A DNA stretch of 64,000 nucleotides from Candidatus Saccharicenans sp. Lineage in GTDB: Bacteria > Acidobacteriota > Aminicenantia > Aminicenantales > Saccharicenantaceae. Each line of letters opens with the position of its first letter. Position 1 is the stretch's first letter. The notes beneath the pieces were generated by a model that saw nothing but the letters and a program-made list of their open reading frames with translations, was not told the DNA's origin and ran no database searches. The stretch is taken from positions 1,520-65,519 of the forward strand of contig JASEIU010000001.1 of NCBI GenBank assembly GCA_030017715.1. Reading direction: 5' to 3'. A program made the position numbers and the translations under genes. Below are positions 28,584-37,445 of this stretch, one piece after another.

Positions 28584-29444
28584 TCAGGAGAGAAGGCCGC
28601 GGACAAAGCCGACTGACTCGGCCACACCCGGCAGCGGGTCCTTTTCGTCCTTTTCAAATTCAAAGGACAGAACGCCGCGGTACTCGATTTCGATTATGGT
28701 CTTGAGGAAGGATTTGATGTCGATGACACCCCGGCCGATTTCCACTGTCTGGCCTCCGGCCCCGACCTCGGAAACGTCCTTCAGGTGAATATCAAGCAGA
28801 CGGCCAGAGAACTTTCTGGCGGCTTCTGCCGGATCGACGCCTGCTCTGACGGCGTGGCCGATGTCCAGGCACAGACCAACCCCAGGATCCAGATTTTTAA
28901 GTCTTGCCTGGGCGTCGGCCGGCGTCGGATAAAACCTGTCTCCTGGTCCGTGATTGTGAATCGCTATGAAGATTCCCGTTTCCCTGACTTTCTGGCTAAT
29001 GAGCGGAAGAAGCTTCGGGTCGGGAGAGGCGATTATCATCCCCAGGCCGGCCGTTCTGGCGTAAGAAAAGGCACGCTCGACATCTTCAGGTTTTTCCAGG
29101 TAAACCACTCCGCAGCCGTAAAGGTCAAGCCCGGCCCGGCGCACTTTTTCGGAGGCCTCTCTGATTTCAGCCGCCGAAGAATCGAGCGGCAGATGAATGT
29201 CTTTAAGGGCGAGCTTTTCCAGACCCAGCCGCAGGGTCATGGCAATTGTTTGCTCGAGGCTGAAAGCCCGGAAGGTATAGGAAGCCAGCCCCAGAGAAAA
29301 GCCGTACTTTTTCTCGGGCTTCCAGTCCCGGGCCTGGATTGATTTTTTCTCGCCCGCCCGGACGAGCGCCGAAGGACCAAGCAGGAGCAGAGCCGCCGCA
29401 GGCAGATTATTTTTTAAGAATTTTCTTCGACTTATATAAAACAT
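28584..29444 (-). CDS. Tat-exported sugar phosphate isomerase/epimerase (xylose isomerase-like TIM barrel)
   Basis: SRRKFLKNNLPAAALLL twin-arginine signal. TIM-barrel AP-endonuclease/xylose-isomerase-like motifs (IAIHNHG, CLDIGH). GGGAGG ribosome-binding site. Confidence 0.75.
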   Translation of the reverse strand: MFYISRRKFLKNNLPAAALLLLGPSALVRAGEKKSIQARDWKPEKKYGFSLGLASYTFRAFSLEQTIAMTLRLGLEKLALKDIHLPLDSSAAEIREASEKVRRAGLDLYGCGVVYLEKPEDVERAFSYARTAGLGMIIASPDPKLLPLISQKVRETGIFIAIHNHGPGDRFYPTPADAQARLKNLDPGVGLCLDIGHAVRAGVDPAEAARKFSGRLLDIHLKDVSEVGAGGQTVEIGRGVIDIKSFLKTIIEIEYRGVLSFEFEKDEKDPLPGVAESVGFVRGLLS

Positions 29445-29933
29445 GGGGCCTCCCTGTTTTCACTTTATCTGCCGGCGGATTTCCCGCCGCCAGATTGGCC
29501 GGGGCGGAAAAGGGCTTAAATACATCCGGCCCCTTCCTGTAAATTATCAAGCTTTCGAGGGCTGCGTCGCAAAATAATATATCTCATAAATAAGGTAAAA
29601 ATGAAAAATATTTGTTCAAAACGATGACCACAGGCGACCCTCCGGGCCAGGTTCCTGACTTTATGGCTCCCGGTTAACTGAACATAAATACTTCCCTTGC
29701 AGTCAGGTCAGGGACTTTTCAAAACATCTAAAAGACACCTCTTTTGTTTCAACCTGAGGCTGCGTTTCAAAACTCCGCTCCAGGTTCTGTGAGATAATGG
29801 AGTTATTCGCGAGGCTTTTTTAAATAACCGGCCGGACGACGAAATTCAATTGCCTGCCTTTTTCTCGGTCTTAAATTAGCAACGGGCTTTTTCGGAGTTT
29901 TCGGAGCTGGAAATCGGGCCCTGCATTCCGGCC

Positions 29934-31238
29934 TTAAATATTCCATGGACGACGGCGCGGATAGTCCAGCAGGCGGTTGGCTTCGTCGTCTCCGACGAAC
30001 TGCTCCCGGTCCGGGGCCCAGCGCAACTTCCTTCCCAGCTTCATGGCCAGGTGGGTGATGATGCACAGGCTGTTCGAACGGTGGCCCACTTCAACCGGCG
30101 CGGCCGGGTCCCTTCTGGTTCTCATGCACTCAAGAAAATTCTTCATATGGTTGGTGCTCCGGTAAAGTTGAACGGAGCCGGTTCCGGGCTGGTAGCTCAA
30201 CCAGGCGGGATTGGAGCCCTCTATACCTTCTCTCCTGACAAACAGCCAGCCTTCCGAACCCTCGAAGCGAACGCCGGAAGGGTCGCCGCTTTCCAGGGAA
30301 AGGATGACTCCGTCGGAATAGACGGCTTCGGCCTGAAACCGGGTATGGACGTTGAACAATCCTCGCTCTGGAAACTCAGCCCGGGCTTCAATGGCCACGG
30401 GGCCTGTTCTTTCGCTGTCGTGTCCCCACTGAGCGATATCGAGCATGTGGGCTCCCCAGTTGGTTATCATCCCGCGGCAGTAAGGTTCAATCTGCATCCA
30501 GCCCGGGCGGTCATAGCTCATCTGCGGATGAACCCGGTCCTCGGCGTAGGGCGCTTCAGGAGTAGGACCCAGCCAGAACTCATAATCGAGATTGGGCGGC
30601 ACCGGCATCGGCCGGGGGTCGCCGCGCCCGCTATCTTCTGGCAGGCGGACTTTTATCGTCTGAAGCTGTCCTAAAAAACCGTTGCGAACGATTTCGCAGG
30701 CCTTAAGAAAATAGATCGACGACCGCTGCTGGGAACCCGTCTGAAAAACAAGTTTTTTCTCGCGCACCGCCCGCACCAGCTTCTGGCCTTCGATCAGGGA
30801 ATAGGTCAGTGGCTTTTCCAGATAGATGTCTTTTCCGGCCCGGGCCGCCGCCAGGGCGACAGTCCCGTGCCAGAAATCAGGCACCGAAATCACCACCCCG
30901 TCAATATCCTTTCTGGCCAGCAGTTCCCGAAAATCGTGGTAGGCTTTGATGGAACGATAGTTGTTGAGCCCGAGTTCAAGGGCGTATGTTTTCTCAGCCA
31001 GCCAGAGGGCATTGTCCAGCCGGTGGCGGTCGAGGTCGCAGACGGCCACAACTCTGGCTCCGACTTCCAGCCCGCGGTTGATTAATTCCAGCATATTGGC
31101 CTGTCCCTGCCGTCCGAGGCCGATGCAGCCGAGTTGAAGCTCATCGTTTGCCGCCGGCTTCCTTAAAACCGAAGACGGGACGATCAGGGGAGCGATTACC
31201 GATGCGGAAGCTGTTTTAATGAATTCCCTTCTTTTCAT
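29934..31238 (-). CDS. Tat-exported Gfo/Idh/MocA family oxidoreductase
   Basis: KRREFIKTASASV Tat motif. Rossmann LGCIGLGRQGQ, EKP motif (IYLEKPLT) and the C-terminal alpha/beta domain typical of periplasmic Gfo/Idh/MocA dehydrogenases. Confidence 0.85.
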   Translation of the reverse strand: MKRREFIKTASASVIAPLIVPSSVLRKPAANDELQLGCIGLGRQGQANMLELINRGLEVGARVVAVCDLDRHRLDNALWLAEKTYALELGLNNYRSIKAYHDFRELLARKDIDGVVISVPDFWHGTVALAAARAGKDIYLEKPLTYSLIEGQKLVRAVREKKLVFQTGSQQRSSIYFLKACEIVRNGFLGQLQTIKVRLPEDSGRGDPRPMPVPPNLDYEFWLGPTPEAPYAEDRVHPQMSYDRPGWMQIEPYCRGMITNWGAHMLDIAQWGHDSERTGPVAIEARAEFPERGLFNVHTRFQAEAVYSDGVILSLESGDPSGVRFEGSEGWLFVRREGIEGSNPAWLSYQPGTGSVQLYRSTNHMKNFLECMRTRRDPAAPVEVGHRSNSLCIITHLAMKLGRKLRWAPDREQFVGDDEANRLLDYPRRRPWNI

Positions 31239-31607
31239 GCTTTTATTTTAATTCAATCGGGCACAATACTCATTCATTAATTTTCTTTTCTAAAGAAAGC
31301 GAAAAACGAAGGAGCGCTCTCAGTTGAAATACAGTGAGAGGCCCGGAGTGCCCGAAGGCAAAATAAAAAACGCCACCCAAAAAGCGTCCGCGAAGCAGGA
31401 GGCCGCCAGGCTCTATGAGCCGCGATTTATAATTGAAAGAAGTCAATAATTTAGAAAAAGCCGGCCTTTGGAGCTTACAGACAGGGTCGCCAAACCCGGG
31501 CTTTTAAAGCTTCAAAGAATTGAGGTAAAATCTTATACCTTGCGCAGGTTGAGCCGGGTCGGGTAACACCCGATGAAAATGGCAGGTGATTTTTTTGGGG
31601 AAAGAAA

Positions 31608-32378
31608 ATGGAAAAGCCAAGACGCCTCGTTGAGACCTGTTGGTTTGAGGTTCTGAGCTTTGAGTCCGACTACCTCGGACGGGCCCATCTTTCGGCGGTG
31701 ATGAATTATCTTCAGGATGCCGCCCGCCGCCATGCGATGCGGGAAGGCTTTTCAGTTTTTGAGCTGGCGGAGAAAGGGCTGACCTGGGTGGTGTCCCGCT
31801 ATCATGTGATTCTAAACCGCTATCCGCAACTCGGCCAGAAAGTTGTCGTTAATACCTGGGCTTCGGGAAAGCACGGCTATTACGCTCTTCGAGATTTTGA
31901 GATGATGGATGAGAGAGAGGAAAAAATAGCGGCTGCCACCAGCTCCTGGATGATTATCGACCTCAACAGCCGACGCCCGGTGAAAGTCGAAGACCTGTTT
32001 CCCGATGAGCTGATTCTGGAAAAAAGAGCTCTGGAGGATGATTTCCCGACGCTGCCGATCGTGGAGCGCCTCGACCACAAGACTCAATTCCGAGTCCTGT
32101 TTGAAGACCTGGACTACAATCGCCATGTGAATAACGTGGTTTATTCGCGCTGGGCGGTGGAGGGGATGCCGCGGGAGATGCTCTTTTCCGGCCGGCCGGC
32201 GGAGCTGGAGATAAATTACCGCTCGGAAGCCTTCCTCGGGGAGGAGATAGAGGTCATCACCCAGAATCCGGAAACGCCCGGCGGGCACTGGGTTCAGCAA
32301 ATATACAATCTGACCACCGGCAAAGAGGTGGCCAGGATCAGGTCCCGCTGGAAGTCATACGGTCCGGATAACGGATGA
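31608..32378 (+). CDS. acyl-ACP thioesterase
   Basis: 256 aa tandem hotdog fold. Length and motifs (NYLQDAARRHAM, HVNNVVYSRW) match bacterial acyl-ACP thioesterases. GGGGAAAG ribosome-binding site. Confidence 0.8.
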   Translation: MEKPRRLVETCWFEVLSFESDYLGRAHLSAVMNYLQDAARRHAMREGFSVFELAEKGLTWVVSRYHVILNRYPQLGQKVVVNTWASGKHGYYALRDFEMMDEREEKIAAATSSWMIIDLNSRRPVKVEDLFPDELILEKRALEDDFPTLPIVERLDHKTQFRVLFEDLDYNRHVNNVVYSRWAVEGMPREMLFSGRPAELEINYRSEAFLGEEIEVITQNPETPGGHWVQQIYNLTTGKEVARIRSRWKSYGPDNG

Positions 32379-33586
32379 TGACGAGGACGGAAGCTGGAAC
32401 AAGAGCGGGAGGAATGGGAAAGCAGCAAGATTGGGAAAGAAAGGATGAGGAGACGATGAAAAAAGAAAAAGTCCTGAAGCTGAGTGAACTGATAAAGCCG
32501 CTTAAAAACTCACTGCAGGAAAAGAAAAAGGCTGCCGCCCGACGAACGGCGAGCAAAGCGAGTGCTCGGCCCAAAATTAAAGCGAAAAAAGCTGAGAGTA
32601 AAAAAGCTGGCCTTGAGACAAAAAGCGAAAAACTCGGAACAGAGTCGCGGCTGGATAGACCTGTCCGGAAGGCGGGCGATGTGATTCCGGTCTCTCGAAG
32701 AGAAACGCCGGCTCCGGATGAGGCTAAATGGGGACTGGTGCTGATGGGTGGCGGTACCAGGGCGCTGGCTCATATCGGCGTTCTGGAGGCCCTTCTGGAA
32801 AACGACCTTATGCCGCCTATCATCACCGGCACCTCGATGGGGGCGGTTATCGGCGGTCTGTTTGCGGCCGGCTATTTTCCCCCTGAACTTGAAAAGCTCA
32901 GCCGGCAGCTTTCTTACAGCCGCCTGAGTCAATTGCGCCGGTCGCGGATTCCGATTCCCGACAGGCTGGTCGATTATCTGATGGTCGAATCTTACCAGAA
33001 GCGGCTTCTGAGGCGGATGGGGCTGGAGAAAGAAGACCGGCTGGAGAAGCAGCTCCAGGAAATGGTTGGCGATATAAACATTGAAGACCTTTCTGTCCGC
33101 TTCGGCTGCAACGCGGTCGACCTGGTGAGCGGTCGGGAAGTTAATTTTACCAGCGGTCCCCTTTATCAGGCCCTGCGGGCCAGCCTGGCTTTTCCCTTTG
33201 TGATTGAACCCGCCCGTCTTCCTGGGCAGTTGCTGGTTGACGGCGGGTTGCTCAATAACTGCCCGGTGCGGCTGGCCCGGGAACTCGGAGCGACCGGCGT
33301 CCTGGTGCCGGATGTCCATCGGCCGCTTAAGAAAATGCCGGCGGCCGGCTTCACTTCAGCCTTCATCATGGTCCACCGGATGGTGCAGGTGGTTCTGGCC
33401 GATTCCACCGAAAGCAAACTGCCGGAAGCCGACCTGATCCTTAAAATTAATCCCGGGGTTGACACCTTTGATTTTATTCGGGCAGCCAGGGTAATTAACC
33501 TGGGCAGGAAAATAACCCGGGACAATATTCAGGCGATAAAGGAAATGGTCAGCCGGTTGAGCGGGAAAGACCGGTCAGAAAGCTAG
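32375..33586 (+). CDS. patatin-like phospholipase with Lys-rich N-terminal extension
   Basis: GGGTRALAHIGVLEAL (oxyanion GGxR-like), GTSMG (GxSxG nucleophile) and DGG (catalytic Asp in VDGGLLNN). The ATGA overlap with the thioesterase stop suggests translational coupling. The start could be an internal Met. Confidence 0.8.
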   Translation: MMTRTEAGTRAGGMGKQQDWERKDEETMKKEKVLKLSELIKPLKNSLQEKKKAAARRTASKASARPKIKAKKAESKKAGLETKSEKLGTESRLDRPVRKAGDVIPVSRRETPAPDEAKWGLVLMGGGTRALAHIGVLEALLENDLMPPIITGTSMGAVIGGLFAAGYFPPELEKLSRQLSYSRLSQLRRSRIPIPDRLVDYLMVESYQKRLLRRMGLEKEDRLEKQLQEMVGDINIEDLSVRFGCNAVDLVSGREVNFTSGPLYQALRASLAFPFVIEPARLPGQLLVDGGLLNNCPVRLARELGATGVLVPDVHRPLKKMPAAGFTSAFIMVHRMVQVVLADSTESKLPEADLILKINPGVDTFDFIRAARVINLGRKITRDNIQAIKEMVSRLSGKDRSES

Positions 33587-33951
33587 AGATTTTGCGCAGG
33601 GTTATTCTGACTGCCCGCGAGCAACTTTTCAGTCGGGCGGTAGTTTCTCTTGAAGAGAGGTTTTCCGAAAGTTAATAGCCGGGCTGAAGGTTTAGCACGC
33701 CCATCCCGCTCCGGCTTCGCTCTGAGAAACCGGAACGGGCAATCGGCCGATAAAAGTGATAAAATGATAAAATCAAACTGAAAACTGAATATGGGGTGAA
33801 ACAGATTCGGTCCTGCCCTGTTCGGCGGGTTCGAGAAATGGAAGAATAAAGGAAAAAGAAAAGACTCAGGCCGGGAGGTCAGGGATAAAGGTCGGCTTCA
33901 TCCTGCCGGCTAAATGACCACAGCCAGAAGAGAACGGACGGAGGATACTTA

Positions 33952-36099
33952 ATGAAGACAATCTCAATAAAGTCGGGCCAACGGATGACGGGCGCTGCCT
34001 GTCTGGTTCTGTTATTGGCTTTTCTTTGGCTTGAAGGAGCTGCCTATCCGTTAAGCGGAGCCCCGGCGCCGGAAGCTCAGAAGAAGACTTCCTCCAAAAA
34101 GCAGAGCCGGGAGAAACTCCCCCCGATTCCTGAAAATTACCGGAAATGGCTGGAAGAAGAGGTGGCCTATATCATAACGCCGGTGGAGAAGGAAATCTTC
34201 CTGAAGCTTAAAACCGACCGGGAAAGGGACCTGTTCATTGAGGCTTTCTGGAAACATCGTGACCCGATTCCCGAGACAACTGAGAATGAATTTAAGAGCG
34301 AGCATTACCGGAGAATCGATTATGCCAATAAATATTTTGGCCGGGAATCCCCCAAGCCGGGCTGGAAGACCGACCGGGGGCGATTTTATATCATCCTGGG
34401 ACCGCCCAACGATATCCAGCGCATCGACAGCAAGTCAGAGGTTTATGACACCGAGATCTGGTTCTATCAGGGAAAAACCGACCTGGGCCTGCCGCCCGGC
34501 TTTAATGTCCTGTTTTTCCGGGAGAAGGGCACCGGAGAATTCCGCCTTTACAGTCCGACCAACGACGGTCCGCAGGCGCTGCTGACCGGCTACTGGGGAG
34601 ACCCGGCTGACTATATGTCCGCTTACCAGAAATTGCGTGAAATAGAGCCCACCCTGGCCAACGCTTCCCTGTCGTTGATTCCAGGAGAAGAAAACACCGC
34701 TCTGGGGCGGCCTTCTCTTTCCTCCGACCTGCTGCTCCGCCAGATTGAAGCCACTCCTCAGAGAATGGTTGAGGATAAATACGCCCGCAAGTTTTTTGAG
34801 TATAAAGACCTGGTGGAAGTTGAATATAGCGCCAATTATCTTGACAGCGATTACCTGGTCAAAGTTCTGAAAAGCCCGGCCGGCTTTTATTTAATCCACT
34901 ATACCATTGAACCCAAGCGATTGTCGGTCAACCAGTACGACAACCGCTTCGCCACCAACCTTAAACTCAACGGCACCCTGAGCACTCTCGACGGGAAAAT
35001 CGTCTATCAGTTTGAAAAAACCTATCCGGTTCAGATGAACGAGGCCCAGATGAGGGAAAGGCAGAGCCTGCCGGTGGCTATATATGACGTACTGCCCTGC
35101 GTTCCCGGAGATTATAAGCTTTCGGTGCTGGTAAAAAACGATGCCTCCAAGGAATTTACCAGCCTGGAACAGACGATCAGGATACCGGGAAAGGGCGGAG
35201 TGGAACTGTCCTCTCCGATTCTGGCCTATAAGGTAAGTCCGGCCGAGGCTGCCGGCGGAAGGGTCAAGGCTTTTCTGGTCGGGGGAAATCAACTCTATCT
35301 TCAGGCCAGCCGGGTGTTTACCGCCCGGGATCAACTGGCGGTGGTGTTGCAGCTTTACGGTCTGACCCTGGCCCTCAGGGATAAGGCCGGCCTGCGGTTC
35401 CAGTTTTTCAAGGAGACCGAAACCTTCAAGGAAAAAGTCGTGCCGCTGACCGAGATCCCGACTCTGCCCGAAGTGGTGCAGATTTTCTCTCTGAGCGACT
35501 TCCCGCCGGCTCATTATTTCCTGAATGTCAGCCTGATGGTGGACGGGAAGGAGCAGGTTACCACCAGGGAAGAATTTGACCTTACCTTCATGGATAGTCT
35601 GCCGCGGCCCTGGATCCTGTCAAGAGTTCTGCCGCCGCCTGATAGCCCTTATTACGGCCACATTCTCGGCACTCAGCTTTACAACCTGGGCCGCCTGGGC
35701 GAGGCCAGGTCAATCCTGGAGCAGGCGCTGTCTGCCGAGCCGCAAAACGAAGAACTGAGCCGTCAACTGGCCCAGGTCTATCTTGAACAGCGAGAATTCG
35801 CCAGGGCGGCCGGCCTGATCGAAAATTTCATCGCCGGTGAAAAGCAGGCCACCTATGAAACCTATCTTGTGGCCGGGAAAGCTTTCTACCATCTGGGTGA
35901 ATACCAGAAGGCGATTGATGTCCTGGACCGGGCGGTAAATGTTCACGGGACCAATATCGCTCTGCTAAACCTTTTTGGCGATTGCTACCTGGGCCTGGGT
36001 AAAAAGGCTGAGGCTTCGGCCGTGTGGGAAAAATCGCTGGAAATAATGCCCGACCAGCCAGAAGTTAAAAAGAAACTTCAAGCCCTAAAAGGGAAATAA
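33952..36099 (+). CDS. GWxTD domain protein with C-terminal TPR repeats, secreted
   Basis: Signal peptide. GWKTDRGRFYIILGPP matches the GWxTD motif. C-terminal TPR-like helical repeats (LGRLGEARSILEQAL..., YHLGEYQKAIDVLDRA). Confidence 0.75.
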   Translation: MKTISIKSGQRMTGAACLVLLLAFLWLEGAAYPLSGAPAPEAQKKTSSKKQSREKLPPIPENYRKWLEEEVAYIITPVEKEIFLKLKTDRERDLFIEAFWKHRDPIPETTENEFKSEHYRRIDYANKYFGRESPKPGWKTDRGRFYIILGPPNDIQRIDSKSEVYDTEIWFYQGKTDLGLPPGFNVLFFREKGTGEFRLYSPTNDGPQALLTGYWGDPADYMSAYQKLREIEPTLANASLSLIPGEENTALGRPSLSSDLLLRQIEATPQRMVEDKYARKFFEYKDLVEVEYSANYLDSDYLVKVLKSPAGFYLIHYTIEPKRLSVNQYDNRFATNLKLNGTLSTLDGKIVYQFEKTYPVQMNEAQMRERQSLPVAIYDVLPCVPGDYKLSVLVKNDASKEFTSLEQTIRIPGKGGVELSSPILAYKVSPAEAAGGRVKAFLVGGNQLYLQASRVFTARDQLAVVLQLYGLTLALRDKAGLRFQFFKETETFKEKVVPLTEIPTLPEVVQIFSLSDFPPAHYFLNVSLMVDGKEQVTTREEFDLTFMDSLPRPWILSRVLPPPDSPYYGHILGTQLYNLGRLGEARSILEQALSAEPQNEELSRQLAQVYLEQREFARAAGLIENFIAGEKQATYETYLVAGKAFYHLGEYQKAIDVLDRAVNVHGTNIALLNLFGDCYLGLGKKAEASAVWEKSLEIMPDQPEVKKKLQALKGK

Positions 36100-36492
36100 G
36101 AAGGTTCGATAAGAGCCGGTGTTGAGATTAGGCGCTGGCCGGGAAGCACGCCGGCCAAAGCGGCTGAGCATACCTTTCATAATAATCTTCAAAGAAAAGT
36201 CCCGACAGTCTGTTCAATCCGCGGGCTATGGAGTCCGGGCTCGAGATGGCGGCGGGCATAAACCGGGAGGGGGGAGATAACTCACAGGTCTGCTCTATTA
36301 GATAACTTATGGTTTTGGATTGAGAGGGGGGGAGTCCTTGAGGCCATTTAAGGGAATCGGGAGCAAAATAGAAGGCAAAATCGCGGGCTAAGCGGGCCAA
36401 ATTGAATTAAGGATCAAATAAATCTGTTCTCTGCCTGTTCACCTGAGGCAAATTAAGATGTAAAATACGCAATTTAAAAGAATAAATTGGAC

Positions 36493-36525
36493 TTGACACG
36501 CTATCTGATATGTGATATATCAGAT
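36493..36525 (+). promoter_or_regulatory. sigma70-like promoter (TTGACA -35, 17 bp spacer, TATATC -10) overlapped by a perfect 9-5-9 palindrome ATCTGATAT-gtgat-ATATCAGAT (36503-36525)
   Basis: Read directly from the sequence 20-45 bp upstream of the glycyl-radical activase start. The palindrome spans the -10 region, which is the classic position for a repressor operator. Confidence 0.45.
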
Positions 36526-36538
36526 ACCTGGAGAAGGG

Positions 36539-37444
36539 ATGGAAGGCCTTATATTCGACCTGAAGCGATATGCCGTCCATGACGGGCCGGGCATCAGACT
36601 AAATGTCTTTTTTAAGGGTTGCCCTCTGCACTGTCTCTGGTGCCATAATCCTGAGGGAGTTGCCTTTGAACCGGAGCTGATGCTTATGCCCAACCGCTGC
36701 GCCCGCTGCGGCGATTGCGTCAGAGCCTGTCGTTATCAGGCGTTAAGTCAGAACGGAAACGGCCAGGTTAAGGCTGACCGTTCCCGCTGCACACTCTGCG
36801 GCGATTGTCTCCAGGCCTGCCAGCGAGAAGCCATAGAGATTGCCGGACGGAAAATGACCGTAGAAGAAATCGCGACCGAGGCCGAAAAAGAGCGGGTGTT
36901 TTTCGAACAGTCAGGAGGCGGAGTCACCCTGACCGGCGGCGAACCTCTGGCCCAGCCGGCTTTTGCTGAAGCCCTGATTGACAGTTTGAAATTGCATGGC
37001 TTCCACGTGGCGCTGGACACTTCGGGTTATGCTCCGGCTGAAGTTTTCCGGAATCTGGCGAAAAAGGCCGACCTGGTGCTTTTTGACCTGAAGATCATGG
37101 ATGAGACGAGGCATAAAAAATACACCGGCGTTTCCAACAGGATAATTCTGGAGAATTTCCAGTCGCTGGAGAAGCTCGGGAAGCCCGTGTGGGTTCGCTT
37201 TCCGCTGATACCCGGAGTTAATGACGACGAGAACAACCTGGAGGCGATGGCTTCTTTTCTGTGCCAGCTCAGGTCGGTTGAGCAGGTGAATGTTCTTCCT
37301 TATCATAAAGGCGGCCTGGAAAAAATTCGCCGTCTTGGACGCGAGGGCGAATTTGCGGTTTTTGAGCCGCCGTCGCAAGAAAAAGTTCAGTCGGTAATAG
37401 ATTTTTTTGCCCGCCGGGGCTTCAAGGTGAAACGGGGAGGTTAA
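36539..37444 (+). CDS. glycyl-radical enzyme activating protein (radical SAM, PflA-like with two extra ferredoxin clusters)
   Basis: CPLHCLWCHNPE is the CxxxCxxC radical-SAM motif. Two further CxxCxxCxxxC motifs (CARCGDCVRAC, CTLCGDCLQAC) are as in GRE activases of the PFL2 class. GGAG ribosome-binding site before the ATG at 36539; the tool start (GTG at 36512) is less likely. Confidence 0.9.
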   Translation: MEGLIFDLKRYAVHDGPGIRLNVFFKGCPLHCLWCHNPEGVAFEPELMLMPNRCARCGDCVRACRYQALSQNGNGQVKADRSRCTLCGDCLQACQREAIEIAGRKMTVEEIATEAEKERVFFEQSGGGVTLTGGEPLAQPAFAEALIDSLKLHGFHVALDTSGYAPAEVFRNLAKKADLVLFDLKIMDETRHKKYTGVSNRIILENFQSLEKLGKPVWVRFPLIPGVNDDENNLEAMASFLCQLRSVEQVNVLPYHKGGLEKIRRLGREGEFAVFEPPSQEKVQSVIDFFARRGFKVKRGG

Positions 37445-37445
37445 G

